DNA of 64,000 nt from the human T2T-CHM13v2.0 reference genome, Homo sapiens. The position numbers were made by a program, and so were the translations under genes. Below, in pieces: positions 47,821 to 62,239 of this stretch. The notes beneath the pieces were generated by a model. The model ran no database searches and was not told the origin of the DNA. It saw only the letters and a list, made by a program, of their open reading frames with translations. The stretch's first letter is position 1; every line of letters begins with the position of its first letter. The DNA lies in NCBI RefSeq assembly GCF_009914755.1, contig NC_060939.1. One strand, 5' to 3'.

Positions 47821-48623
47821 TAATAACATAAAATTCTGAACTTCATATAAATCGAACCAAACCTGTAGAATGATTCTGAGATGCACTATAATGGTAATCA
47901 CCTGAACTTGATCTACAGCTCAAACTACCTGGTTTTTAAAAAAATAGTCAGTTTATTTCCACATATTTTGACTATTTTCTACCTGTCAGAATGTCACTAT
48001 AGACGGCCGAGGAGGGGTATGGAAGACATACCCTTTATGTGCTCAGACCTCAGAGGGCACAATTAATTCATTGCTATTCTTACTTTCTGTATTAGATATT
48101 ACTCCTGTTACTGTTATTTTTTAATTATAGATTTTTTTCCCTAGAAATATGTGTTCTATATGCAAAATGAAGCATAGGCTTTTATAATTTGTATATGTTT
48201 GTAAAGTTTGCATATGCTTTATTTTAAACCATTTGCTTATGGTTTGGGTGAATAGGTTTCCTCTGTTTCATTTCACCCTTTAAGAATGAAGAAAATAATT
48301 ACCCCACCCTCTTTGGAATAGCTGCCATTTGAAAATGGGAAATGCTTCTATTGTGATCTACTTATTTATTTATTTTTACTTTTGGTATTAAGCCACCAAA
48401 CGACTTAGCTCAGAAAAAAAAATTAAGTGTCTAAAAATAAATTTTACAAATTACAGCCCTGAGTTTACCATTCTGTTGTAGTGTGTCATTAAGAACTGGC
48501 TGCAAAGTACCATGCAGCAGGGTGAGGAGCAGCTAAAATCTGGGCTATTGTTTGGTCCTTTGAATAGTGAATGTAATTGTTAAACTATATTTTAAGTGGT
48601 TGAGCCAAGTTTAAAACAGTAAA

Positions 48624-48624
<1 letters not shown>

Positions 48625-48662
<38 letters not shown>
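48625..48662. repeat. (TG)19 microsatellite
   Basis: Perfect dinucleotide run. Confidence 0.95.
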
Positions 48663-48663
<1 letters not shown>

Positions 48664-50938
48664 TTTCTTCCTAATATTAAAGGAAATTCAAGAAAATAGA
48701 AAAATTTTAAAAACACTTATTCTATAGGAAATATCAAATATCCATATCTCAAACCTACGTTTTTAGGTACATACATACAAGTGCTACACTGGAGCTATTG
48801 TATCAATAAACCAAGAACTTATAAAGTTGCCTTTATATTTCAAAGTATTTTCCAAACATTTACATTTTCAAAAAATCCTCTAACAGTTCTATATGTTCAG
48901 TGCCATATGCTCAACATAATAATATAACTGTAGTTAAACTAATGATAACTAAGTCACAATAACATGGATGACTTTGCAGGCTGCTGGAGCAGCAAGGTTT
49001 TCTTTGCAGAACAAAGCTTGAAGCTTTGAAGCTCCTCTGATAAAAGTGTTGTGAGCGGGGTAGGGAGAAGAGGAGCAGGAGGCAGAAGAGGGCTTGGTCC
49101 ATTCCAAGGAGATTTTAGACCTGAGGGAAGTCACCTGTCAATTTCTGAATGTCATTGGATTATCTGCTATAATTCATGAATGTGGGTTTGAAAACCCAAC
49201 GTTAGTGACTCCCAGAAAATGTCTTTTGGAGATGAAAGGCAGGGGCTGGTCAAGGCTGACATCCTAGAAAATCCCTCATATCCTGGCTGTGGAATTGAAA
49301 ATAGAGGATTTAACTTACTGTCATTTTCCTTTTTATTTATTCATTTGTTTGATATTGTAACACTTTTAGGTTTTGCTTGGTAGACAGAGAATATCTAAAT
49401 AGTATTGATTTTTCCACAGTTATATGAAGGAAAGAATGGTCCAATTATCTAAACGTTGTGAAACATATTAAATTTTTTTAACTTAAAGATTTTTTCTACT
49501 TCATTGTCTGATCTAAACCATAGATGGAGAAACTGTAATGCTACTCTCATTTACCTGAGGTTCATAAGATTTTCTCATACAAAAATCCAATTTTCATCCA
49601 AGTAAATAATAAAGCTGACTGTACAATAAATCATATCATACCAGTGAAGACATCAATAGGCTCTCCCAGCTCTTCCAATTCTAGTAAAAATACTTTTTTA
49701 ATATATGAAAATGATCGACAAGAAGCAGAATAATTTTAGATTAATTTTTTCAGGAAAAATGGAAACATTGACTTTTATTATAATGGAGTAAAATTCAATT
49801 TTATTGTAGGAAATTGTATGTCATAATTCAGTCTAACTTTGAGGTTAAAAATGGTGTTTAACCACCTGGAATATGAATTGAGGGCAGATTATAATAACTC
49901 AGTACAATAAAAGAGAATGAACATGACTCATATTGAATTCAGTAGATGCTTAAAGTAACCCACTCTGCACGCGTCTGGTTTGAACTGCAGTCAAGGTGAG
50001 TGTGGTGTGAGCAGCTGTCATCTTACCCGGGCGTCCACCTGGAGCCTCCTTCTTGCCTCGTTCCAGAACCCATGTCTCCATGAATAAAGTTAGCATGTGG
50101 CCAACTCACTGGATTGAATGTAGCCATCAGTTAGGACCAAGGAAGAGACCCGGGATACTTCAGTGCCTTGGGGTAAATTGGGGCAGCTGTTCTCCTGCCA
50201 GACCATGTTCTGAGTGCTGGGACTAGAGGCTTTTCCCTACAATTCTGCTTTTAATCATTCAGTCTTGACTTGGGGATAGGAGACAACAAGGCCTGGCTGA
50301 AAAAGGTGAGGCCGTTATTCTCCTTTTCTTGATGAATATGTTTGGAGCCAAAATACATTATGAATTCAAATAATTTTCTACTAATAAACATTTTTAGTGA
50401 AAAATGTTACCATTTATTAAACATTCCTTCTGAAATAAGATGAAATAGTCAGGCCCATGGTGGTTAAATTTGTTCCCGTGATCTCTTCTACTACCTGTCC
50501 AGAGGAAATGAGCTGGGAGAGCCACTTACCTCCTCATTCCCTCGGAGGCTGTGGTCAGGAGGGGCAGGACTGCCAGGAAGCACAGCCAGAAGCCGGTAGG
50601 CTGCTGTGGGCATCAGTCCAGCTGAATGGCACCCAGGCCCCAGGCACCTCCTCTTGTCCCTGGAGTGGAAGAGATGGGGGCTTGGGTTCTGGAGACCCCG
50701 ATCACTTGTGTTGGAAGCTGCTCCCACCCAGAGGCTTGGTCATGTGAGAGCCTTGGCTCACTGGGGAGAGGGTGGGGAAGGCCTCCTGGAGGACAGGGGC
50801 TGTGTTTGTATTTTGCTTTGTGCCCACATACCTGTGTGTTAGGCTTCTATTTTAATTTCCAGTGGTTTTATTTCGTGGAACCTTTCTAGCGAGCGTGAAA
50901 ACCTTTCTAGCGAGCATAAAAAAGTGGACAAGGGTGTC

Positions 50939-51317
50939 TGTCTTAGTCAGCTCAGGATGCTCTAACAGAATACCTTGTCCCTGGAGTGGAAGAGAATTCA
51001 GGATAGAGTGGGGGCTTGCAAGCAACAGACATTGACTTCTCACGGTTCTGGAGGCTGGAAGGCCAAGGTCAGTGGGCCAGTCTGGTTGGGTTCTTGGTGA
51101 GGCCCCTCCAGGTGTGCAGAAGGCCACCTTCTCCTTGTGTCCTCTCAGGATGCGGGCATCTCTCTTCCTCTCTTCATGAGGCACTAATCTCATCACGAAG
51201 GCTCCACCCTCATGACCTAATTTCCTCCCAGAGGCCCCACCTCATAAAGCCATCACCTTGGGGAGTCGACTTTCAACACACGAATTTTGGGAGGACACGA
51301 ACATTTAGTAGATAGCA
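50939..51317 (-). mobile_element. MaLR solo LTR, MLT1A0-like
   Basis: tgtcttagtc..ttctcacggttctggaggctggaag..ctccaccctcatgacctaat..tttcaacacacgaattttgggaggacac..atagca. Confidence 0.82.
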
Positions 51318-53177
51318 GTATATGTGACTAAGTGAACCCACTACATGAACATTTTTCTACAAAAGATACCAGACGCCTGTACAAACTACCAGGGAACCCA
51401 GATTAGGATACCAATAGAAAGTAGGGTTGAGAGTTCATCCTCATTCAGGTTTTGTATGTTTTCTATAAACAGGGAAGCTATTACACTTCATGTGAATTAT
51501 GTATTCTATATCAGTTTTATATTTTATACCTAATTATGTGGGTCAAGTTATTTCAATTTACAATATGACATTTTTTCCCTCTACATTTTGTGAACCAAGC
51601 ATCTCTAATTCAGACAATCACCTATGGGAGAGGGAGCTTTAGAGAGAAATATCCCCAAGACTTTCTTCCTTTTTTTCTGTTAGTCTAAGGAGATTAAAAA
51701 ATAAGGAATAAAATTCTGTAATTATGTTGAAAAGGAAACCAAAAATCATTTAGAACCAACTACCTCTATTCTGTCTAATTCTATTCTGTCTAGTTCTGTG
51801 ACATTTGGTTGCTGGATTCTTATTTTTTGGAAATAAAAACAAGCCTCCCACAGCCCACAGAAGCCAGTGCTGCAGACTCCCAGAGGAGGCTCCCTGGCCA
51901 GGACCATGATCCAGAGAGCAGACATGTAGCTTTGGGCCCTTCTCAGGAGCCCCATCTCAGCCCTGCTGTGTGTTTGACTGGTGATCTTTGGAGGTACATT
52001 TAGAGTCTCTGGGCCTCCGTCTTCTCATCTGTACAATGGAAATAACAATAACACTTCCTTGCTAAGGTTGCTGTGGTGCTTAGACATGTCAGCAGGTCCT
52101 GTAAGCTCAGCTCCCTGCCTGTCATGTAATAGGCAAGCTGTGTGATCTGCCTTTCTCCTCTTCTTTATCACACACATGAGGAGGGTACACATTCTCGGTT
52201 CTGGAGACCGCGGTGCTCTGAGCCACCTGCTCCTGGGTACTGGTGCTGGACTAATGTGCTCTGGGATGATCACCTTTTAGTTACTAAGTAGGTGTCTCTG
52301 TTACAGGATTTATTTGCTCAGCAGTGAAATCTTTATATTGAAGTGGCTTCTCTTATGGATGACTAAAGATTTTGACTCCTGTCCAGTGACCCTCTCTCAT
52401 GAATGACGTAATAATTAGGAAGCAAAGGGATCTACTCCAAAGCAGGCCTGTGTTGTCAAGGACCTGCTGCCCAGATGGTGAGAGGGGCCACCTGGGCTCC
52501 TGCAGCAGCTGAGGTACCCAGCGTGAGGGAAAGGGGGTTGCTGTCAGGGTGGAGGGAGATGAATAAACAGTCCTCTGTGGTCTGGTCCACTCTCCAAATA
52601 GCCACAGTTCTGGCCTGTTGGCTGAGGGCGTGGGGGGCTGTTTTGATCCCCTTTCTACCCAAGTAATGAGAGAGAAATGCCTTAATACCCTTAAGGAATC
52701 TAGTTGTAACTCAAAGAGGCTCCTACTGGAATCTCCAGATGTCCTAGATTTTGTTTTGTCTTAAAAGCTTGTTAAAAAATGAAATTGTAATTTAAACTCT
52801 TTTCACATTTTTTGTAAGAAATAAAACATAATGTCCGCCAAACCAGAAAAAGGTGTAGTCAGTATACCTATCCCTGCACAGAAGATGGTTTGTTCACCTC
52901 TGAGAGACAGGAATTTAGAGGTCATAGGTCAACCTAGTTCACAGGTGAACCGCCACAGCCCAGCAAATCCTCAGGCTTTCTTAGATGGTCAGGGGAGATT
53001 GCCAGGGTTATCTCTCAGTGACTCCATCATTTGCTCCACATGGCTCACTGTGTTTGTGAGATTATGTACTTATCTTTACAAACCGTCGTTCAATTTAGAC
53101 TTATTTCTTAAAACTGGCATGTGGAAAGCTGAGGTGTGGGTGGGAATTTTGCCTTCCTGGGGCTGGGTTTGGATCCC

Positions 53178-53744
53178 TAAAGAAGGAAACATAATTTTCT
53201 CCTCCATCCTTCATGAGTTCTTAGCTGGGACTGCCTGTAACCAAAGACAGATTAATAAGAGAAAACAAACAGAAGTTTATTGACACGTATGCCTCCTGTA
53301 TACATGGGCAATAAACCAGAGAAATGAAAGCAGATCTCAAGGGTAGAGTTCAAAGAAATATCTTAGACTCCAGGCTCAAATGCCATTGTTCTCTGAAACA
53401 AAGAACATTGTAGAGGAAAAATCCAGTTAAGGTGGCTTGGGAAAGTGCTGGGAAAACGAGAAACAGATGCAGAGGTTTGCTCTGCAGACCTCTCCACTGA
53501 TGAGTCTCTAGTGATTAAGATGATGAAAAGTCCTCCTCCTCTTCCTGCTGCAGAGACGGACACACCCTTACTAATGGTTTTTCTTGATAGAAGTAAAGTT
53601 CTCTACAAAAGATCACTTTGCAGAGCTTCTTCTGAGTCTGCAGTTGCTCAAAATAATCCTTATATGAGAGAGACATATTTTGGGGTAGCATATTCTGGTC
53701 TCCTAGTTATATATATTTTTGGCTGGTGTGTCCTGAGCCCCATC
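53178..53744 (-). mobile_element. ERV1 solo LTR, MER39/MER34-like
   Basis: aaagacagattaataagagaaaacaaacagaagtttattg..ctcaaaataatcctta..catattttggggtagcatattctgg; related to 1550-2107. Confidence 0.7.
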
Positions 53745-53935
53745 AGATCCATGGTACAGACCCAGAACACTTTTCTGTAAACCGTGTCCGGCGTACATGG
53801 AAGCATCTCAGGAGGAAGCCTGCTTATCCCTGTGGAGACTCTGATGTGCTCAGCGCTACATGAGTGAAGTCCCTCAGTCTCCCAGGGTCTACTTGCACAG
53901 CACTGGAGGGAGACTGAAGAGCAGAGCTGAGCTTC

Positions 53936-54660
53936 TGAGAAATAAGCATCAAATGCTAAGGTCCCCAGCCCACTGAATGGACCCCCTGACCCACTGTTGG
54001 CTGAGAGAAACCTTAGAAACTGAGTTCCCGGCCATGACAGGACAGGAGGTAGGACACGCCTCAGTGTACCCTTCCTCAGTAACCTTTCACCAGAATTCTC
54101 TCTAAGCAGGAAGCAGAAACCAGCTCTGGAAAACAAGAAATGAACAACTTATCCCTTTATCGCCCTTAGCCAGTCACCTGAGGCCAGGATCAGACTCCGC
54201 CTCCCTCTTTACAGCCTCAGCGTGACAGCCCACCAGTTTCACAATACACCTGTTCCTGATTAGAGACCACCAGCCACAGAGTGGCTCTGACCAGCCTAGG
54301 GAGGATGCACAGTGAGGGTTTCTTGTCCTCTGCTTCACCGTTTGACATCAGAGGGCCAAAAACTCTATCCTCGGATCATGCGAACACTGCCATTTTTTTA
54401 ACATGGGTCCCATGAAGAGGCATGAAGCGCAATTGCACGTGTGTTTGTTTTATCAATATTCGTGATTCCTCCAATAGCTTATTGAATATACGTATCCATC
54501 CCCCCACTCAGCAGACATTCCTGCTCCCTTTACCCCTCCCTTGGAGGACTTGCTCTGGGCTTGTGCTGGAGGTTATGCTTCCCAGCCTGCAGGACGGCCA
54601 CCCGTATGAAATAAAGCTCTCCTTTCCAAATGGATCGACCTTGCGATTCTTCAGTTGACA
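53936..54660 (+). mobile_element. ERV1 solo LTR, MER50-like
   Basis: tgagaaataa..agaaaccttagaaactgagttcccggccatgacagg..gaaataaagctctcctttccaaat..gttgaca. Confidence 0.82.
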
Positions 54661-56579
54661 CTCATTTGACGCACTCTGAATCATTCAGCCATTTCAAATT
54701 GATTTCATAACCTGTGCAAATGAAGAGAATTCAAGAGAACATGAAGCCTAGAATGGCTGTGAGGGTGAGAGCCTCCTTCAGACATATTTATCACTTCTCT
54801 GGAAGAGGAGATACAGAATGGGTTATTTAAATCCAGTGCTGACCCACGAGCAGAGTTTCAGGACACCAGTATGAGTGAAGACCTAGAACACAGAGGGACT
54901 TAAAGAGGTCAGATATGTAAGTATGGATTTTAAAAGAAACATGACCCAATTGTTCTGGAGTCATGCAAACTAGAACAGATGGGAAATCATCCTTCATGTT
55001 TTTCCAAGACTTTTGAAATGTGTCCAGTCCTGGGCTGCAGGATCAGGATGCTGAGCTGTGAAGAGGCTGAGCTGGACCTCACGCCAGCAGCCGGCAGTCG
55101 CCAACAGCCGGGCAGCAGGACCTTGACCTGCCCCGAGAGGAACAGAAAACAGCTCCATGGGTTCAAAAGACACACAGGGACAGGGATAAGTTAGGAAAGG
55201 TGACCACGGCTACAAGAAGCAAATGGTGTCACAGAATAAGTGCAAAGTAATGTATTAAACTGGATGTGATTTTCAAAAGAGAAGCAACAGTGCATGGTTT
55301 CAAATCAGCTTAATAAGTTACTTCCTGCCAGCTGCACCCACAACATAAAGCTTTGTTAGAATGTCTGGCTGTGGGAGGCACCTCTTCCCACCCAGCTTGT
55401 GTCCTTGCTCATTGGGACTTGGGATGCCACGGCCCATTCAACTGACTTTACAGCCAGGCAGGAAGCACCAAATTTATAGGGTCTCTATGAGGATTAAGTG
55501 GATAATATGTGTCTGTAAATTTAATTATATTTACACCTGTTATGCTTAGACTCTGCATGCCCTCTTGAACGCTGTAATACTGTTATTATGTCTGGGAAGA
55601 AGGAAAGAAGGAGAAGGTGAGAAGAAGAGTTAATTTAGACCTTGTTTCCATTCAGCGTTTGGAAGCTGAAGCGTTTAGTCGTTCATACTGGACCTGGTGT
55701 GATGGGATCATCTTGAGATTCTGTGTCTCGCAGACAGCAGCGGTGGCAGATTCTTGCTTCTTTTTTTCTTTCATTTCTGTTTCCTATCAGTTATGTGATA
55801 AATGAGACGTCAGGATGAGGAATGTATGCTTCCCTAGGAAGCAGTCACTGAACTTACAGTTGTTTGATGTGTTTAAGTGGATACAGTTGGGAGAGACAGT
55901 GTTGTCTGACCGTGGGCCCTAACGCCCACCGGCCAGAGGAGCAAACTTGCCCAGCAGCCTGCCTTGCCCCACGCCCAGCATCCACGGCTGCCTTAGCTGG
56001 AGGGAGCCGCGCGGGGGCGCAGTGCGTCATCACTGCAGCTATTTCACATTATTAGGGAGGCCACCGCGGGAGGCCCTGGAGGATATTGTGGAGTTACATA
56101 GATCTGGATGAGAATCTTATTAAATTATGTACTGTGTCCCTCCTTCTCTATTCTGTAACAGGAGGAAAATAAGAGGGAAAGGGATGGATGACAGCCCCCA
56201 AATTTCTATACAAACTTTGCCTAAGTTGTATAGACATGTCTTAGGTCTGTGTGTGACATGTAATTGACTAAATAATTATTACTTGTTAATTCTGCATATA
56301 TTCCCGTTTTCTTTCTTGTTGCAAAGGAGTTGGATATTTTCGAACTTTTCAGTCACTTAAGAGTTTGTTTTCTATGACAAGGCAAAGTAAAGTTCCCTAG
56401 AGTTAGCAGTAACTTACATGAGTTTAATTTATCTGAATTTCCAAAGAACAGCCAACGTTGCTATTGTGCTGTACTAACCCAGGGTTAGGATTGCTTCAGA
56501 TGCTTCCACATATGTCACGATTGTTAGTATCCCAACAAACAAAATAAACAAACAGAAACCAAAATTTGGCATGCGGAAG

Positions 56580-57014
56580 TGTCAACCTAAATAACAGAGC
56601 GAGTCTCTCTAAAAGAAAAGGCATTTATGTGGAATGAAGCATTACAATGGGAATACGCTTGCCATAGTAAACTAGGTGTGTGTTCAGGGAGGAAAAGGAG
56701 GACAAAGATTTTTAAAGGAAAAAAATGAGGAAGATTACATACTGATTTTGCAATAATCACTTTTGGATACGAAGATGAAGGAAAGGGTGACACCAGTCCG
56801 AGGTTTACACAGGCAGTTGCTTGGCAGATGTCCTTGAAGAAGTATTTTTTTGTCTAAAGCTGCAATGGCCTTTGTCCAAGGCTATGTTTTGTATGGAGTC
56901 TTTTTTTGTTATGAGGCATACAAGTGTGAGAACCCTCTCTTCGTGGCCTTCCCTTGCTCTGTTTGTCAAGGTTTTCTCAACATTAGTGATTCTATTTTGA
57001 TTCTGACAATCACA
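56580..57014 (-). mobile_element. ERV1 solo LTR, MER65-like
   Basis: TG..CA termini, perfect TSD GAAG (56576-56579, 57015-57018); end aacattagtgattctattttgattctgacaa. Confidence 0.8.
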
Positions 57015-59544
57015 GAAGAATATTCGCTAAATATTGATTCTTTCAAAGAAAGCATAAGCTCTTTAGTAGTAAAAGTCTTTATAAAGCTTAGGATTATCTT
57101 TGCATTTTCTAGCCTTGTACCTCTGAACATGTATATACTTTTAAACACAAAGATGTGCCTGAATTTGTTAGGCTAATTTTAAATATTTATTTTTCTAATA
57201 TGAAATTTAGAGCATTGGTTTAAATAATAAACATCTATTAAGTGTTCATGAGATGCTTCAGAAATTATGTATGTTATTGATAAAAATTTTTCCCAAGTTG
57301 TATCAAGATGTATTTAGGTCTAAAGGATGAAAAATTTTCCCATCTGCTTAAATATATTGGTTTCTGCCATTTTTCTAAAAATGTATTCTCAGTTATCCTA
57401 AAAAGTAAATGATAGTCGACAGCCATTTATAAATTCCTCTAATATAAGAATTGTCATTGCCTTAAGCTTTCACAGCAGTTATCTAAGATCTCTTCACATT
57501 ATAAACCAGTACTAATTTATATGCTTGGACCTCCAGCTAATTGTATTATGATAAATTACCATATCCTTATTATAATACTAGTAATGATTGGTTATGCAGC
57601 GGATGTTAAATTCAGTCATTTAGTACTGATGCTTTAAAACATTTATGAAAATGCCTAATTAATTAGTGTCATCAATTACTTAGTAATTTCCCTGAATTTT
57701 AAACTTCAGTATGGCAGCCTAGACAAACCCACTGGGATCTCTCACTTGCTCTATTAAATGATCATCGTGACTCTCTTTCTGAGGCCCCCTCAATGTTGTT
57801 AAGATCATTCTATAATTTTAAAAAATGAACTAGACTCAGCTCATTATCTTGCTATAGTGAAAGCAGCAGGTGTGGTCCTGAGAGCAAAGGGCAGAGTTGG
57901 GGTACACACGTGAGCGCTCAGAACCCTGGAGGTGGGAGCTAGTCCACAGTGCTGGAGGCTAAGAAGACCAGTTAGAGAAGGTAGGAGCCTTGCTTGCCGA
58001 CTCAGTGAGGCATCATATCGATTTCTGCAAATGACGACTCCATCCAAGTTGTTGATTACATGATTTGGGGAAGTTACATCACAATTAGTTAATATGTTAT
58101 AAGTCTCATACCATTTCATTAAATGTGCATAAGAACAATGAAATGATTTTGCTTTCCTTTGAATTACCAAAATAAATCATTTACAATATTTATTACATTT
58201 TTCCTAATGTTAAAATATAACAGGGAATTATAACTTAATTTTATCCACAAAGAACAACAAAGCAGCTGTTTAAATGCATTAATAGGAGTCTAAGCTTAGA
58301 TACTGGATACTTTTCAGATAGAACCCTGACTTTAACATTTTTTCGTTTAGATCTGATCAATAACTTTTCACAGAGACTTAAGTGTATTTTCTATTATTAT
58401 GATAAAATAATGTGTGAAATGCAGGTTTCAACACTTAACTGAACGTGATCAGTTGATACCATTGTGTGTCCCCAGGATCATGATGTTTGTTTTTAATTCA
58501 TTTATTTTAGACCCTGAATCTTCTTCTCAAATAAAATTTCACATTTCATATGGAATCCTGATAAAAATGGAAATGTTCTTACTGAAGTTGAAACAAGATA
58601 AAGCCCTACCATCTCCATCAACCCATGCCTCCCTTCCTGCCACCCTCAACAACCTCTTAGATAATTCCAGATTATCTCAAGCATCCATAGGAAAGGTTGT
58701 GACAATAAGTGTTTTAACACACAGTAAAAATGATTGGATTAGATCTTCCTGAAGAGGCAACTATGAATTATGTCTTCTAAAGTCTTTTCAAGGTCAACAG
58801 ATTTTCACATACTATATGGTACCCGAGGTCACAACAGGTCATTGGTCATGAGGTGTTTGTGTCAGTGTGAGTGTGAGGGAATGGGAAACCTGTATCTCTC
58901 CATGGAGTAAAAGTTAGTGGCAGCATTATTTTCTTTGTTTCCTCCTGTATTCTTACCTTTTTAATTGACCAAGTTTAGACATTGGGCAACAGTTTCTAGA
59001 ACTGTTATACAAACCAGTAAAGGACTTACAGCAGCAATGGCCTTATTTCCATCCTTATTTTGGGTAAAAGAGTGTGACTCCTTTCTAGGAAGTATGCTAT
59101 TTGTGTGGTGGTGAATGTCACACTTCCTGGAGCAACAGGTTTTCAGCACACGCTCACATTTAGCATGCAAACCAGGCATTCAGTGACAGGACTGTGTTGT
59201 CATTAAGACTGTTTGGATGCTGCATCTAAAAATTCACTTTCCATTTAAATGTTTCTCTTTCATGCACTATTTAATTTCTGACACACATCAGCCGCTATTC
59301 TAGTGCATAGTTAGTAGTCCACAAACATCCTATAATTAAATTGAACATCTGTCTTTTCCAAGGTGAATAATTCAGGTGAGCCAGATTTCTTCTCACGCTA
59401 TGTCTCTTTCACTGTCATATGACATTATTGACTTTGTGTTCTTTTAGTTTTTCTCATAAAAGGTTCACTTTTGACAAGAGTTAAAACTAGATTCAATATT
59501 ACTGTATGTGAATTCTGTATATAAGTTAAGAATTGAATTTGACA

Positions 59545-59950
59545 AATAGTAACAGAGACTGAATATCAGTGGCTTAACCATACAAGTGGTTATTCTTCCA
59601 GAGGATGTTCAGCTGATATGACAGCTTCATTAAAACCACTGGAACCCAGGTTTCTCCCTCAGAGCTCTGCTGTGTCCCGAATTGCTTCCATCCTCCAGCA
59701 CGAGATGCCTGGTTTGCCTGGCCCAACTGCTGCACCAGCATTTCAAACAGCAGGAATGAGGAAGGGTGTGAGAATGACTCACAGAAATGCTATACAGTAA
59801 GCAATCTTTTTAGCAACAGCTCAGATGTGTGGCTGCACCAAGCTGCAGAGGTGGCTGGGAGATTCTGTTCTCTAAGCTGGACATGTTTTATAAGAGTTCC
59901 CTTATAAGGATTCAGGGGTTAATGAGAGGCAACCAGGTGTCTCTACCATG
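59545..59950 (-). mobile_element. Old MLT1-type LTR remnant
   Basis: agtaacagagactgaatatcagtggcttaacca..ggaacccaggttt..aagctgcagaggtggctgggaga. Confidence 0.45.
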
Positions 59951-60887
59951 CTGTGACATTAGTTTAGTTGCTCTGGGCACAGAATAGTTATTTTTAAAAT
60001 CTTTGAGTATATGTGATTAAGACAGGTTGTCTCTAACCAAATTATTAATTAACTAGGGACAATCCAGTGAGGTCTTGCCTGAGTGGTCCCTAATTTACAT
60101 AGAAATTAAAAGTTACTCATATTACTTTGATATTTTTAAAAAATGAGCTTGACATCTCATTTCCTCTGAAAGAATTCATTGCTAATACTTCCCAATCAGA
60201 ACAAAGTTACTTCTAGAATCCAATGTATTTATCAAACCCATGCTCAATTTACGTTCTATTCAGTTGAAACTGAGAGTAGGTATGTGTTAAGTCTTGATTT
60301 GACAGAGTAGGATGAAGAATAGTGCAGTTCGGGCCAGCATTTGCTAAAGAGTGGAGAAAGAGTCTCAACAGAAGAATGCATAGGTGACAAATATTTAATT
60401 TGGGGTAATTTGCTGTTTGTTAACTATGAGATTATTCTAAACACTTAAAATAGAGCCATTTCTTCATGTCTCTCAGAGAGATTGGCACATAAATATTGGT
60501 TGGGTTATAAATATTAATTGAAAGAATCAATGAATGAATTGAAGCTCTTAGGACATATTTAATTTATTTGTGACTATGTTCGGATTTTTCCTCAACATCC
60601 ATTAGTAAGAGACAGTGCAGCTGCATAAATCCAAGGTGGGGTGTATGGTCAGAGTCACCATAGATGATTACGACCCGTAGCGTTTTGATCTCTGATAGGA
60701 GTTACAGACTTCAGTAGCCAATCAGGTCAACTTCACAAATATCTTCTGCCTCTAGTGATAAAGAACACTCATAATACAACCCCCTTCTTATAATCACTAG
60801 AAAAATAAAATGCTAGGTAAGAGGCAGGGTGTGTGTTTTCCATGTAGATGCAAGAAGGAAGACACTCTAATGTTACCATCGTGAACG

Positions 60888-61335
60888 CTGTGAAAATAAC
60901 ACCCGAAAGAAAACAAGCAAATGTTATGTTTGATTGGGAACTTGCTGTATCAAGGGGTCAGCCAATCTCACTTGCATTTGGCAGAGACTCAAATGTAGGC
61001 AGGGGATGGGGAAGAAAGAAGGCATATCTTCAGGCACACCTGAACACATCATGCTTCAGGTATACCCTGCTTGCAGGGGACGCTGGAGGCAAACGGAAGA
61101 GGGCATTCCCGTGGGATTGGTTAGGGGGCATATTTGGCTTCCTGGGGTTGTTCTTAAATTGGAAGCAAATGCAAAAATGATGGAAGCTGGCAGTTATTGA
61201 CCAAGTTGAGAATATTTTGGGCTGACTGTTTGCAGAGTTTGTGGTTTTGCCTCCTGGGCTGGTTGCTGCAAACGTTGTTGCTCAGAGTTCTGTCTTTCTA
61301 TATGGTTTGGCCATTGTCTATTTGCATATTCATTT
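60888..61335 (-). mobile_element. ERV1 solo LTR, MER31-like
   Basis: cacttgcatttggcagagactcaaa..gattggttagggggcatatttggctt..tatatggtttggccattgtc. Confidence 0.65.
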
Positions 61336-62239
61336 TGTTAATACCAATTCAACATCAGTTAATACTAATAAGGTTTAAAGGGCCTTAAAATGCATCTTCT
61401 TAAAATGCATGGCAGAAAATTTTAAGAAAAAGGACCCCAATCATGGTTTTTCCAGTAAATGGAAGTTTTTTTCAACTTTACGCACTCAGTGTTTATTTGT
61501 TGTTTCTACTTGTTTATTTGTTTTGGCTTTGCTTAATCTGAAATTGATCCATGGGGTTAAGGAAAGTAGAAAAGCATTTAAAATATTTACTAAGTATAGG
61601 GTGTGCAAATACTGGTTCCTGGTCACTGTGGAAAGATTTAGAGGGAGTAGAAGACATCATCTCTTAGCCTGCTTGGAGATGAAGAGCATATGGATGTGAA
61701 GACATTTAAGAGGTAAGGTTGAAAATATAGCTTCTCCTATCCACCAACCATCTTTTTTAAGCATCATGAGGCTAGGCTGTGTACCAGGGCTTGGAAAATG
61801 AAAATGAAAGAGAGGTGCTCACTGAGCTGTGGGAGTTGTGGTTTACATATGGAATGAAATATGTTAACAGGTCTATTAACCGCCCACAGAGTCAGCACCA
61901 TAGCAAGGTATGGGCGAGGATGGGCAGAGGGCAGAGGTCCCAGGAGACTTACTGCAAAGAAGGGGTAAAAAGGCAACAGAGCCTTGCCTGGTGAGCATGC
62001 TGGGAGCATCTCCCCCAGGAGGTGCTGAGGTTCAGGACATCTTCAGAACCACACAGCGCTTAGCTAACAGAGAACATATCATGCCCCATCATGTAACATG
62101 GCTTCAACCTAGATAGGTCTGTTGCGTTTACTGCATTTGATGCTTGTTTAACTTGCTGCACATGTGTATTGAATATCTGCAGTATTTTTGAATTACAATA
62201 TCATTTGAATAAAAATCCCTTTTAAATAAATATTTAAAT

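Noticed and set aside
49993-50001. Consensus splice donor AAG/GTGAGT
   Set aside because: No convincing upstream acceptor or coding frame; isolated 9-mers are common.
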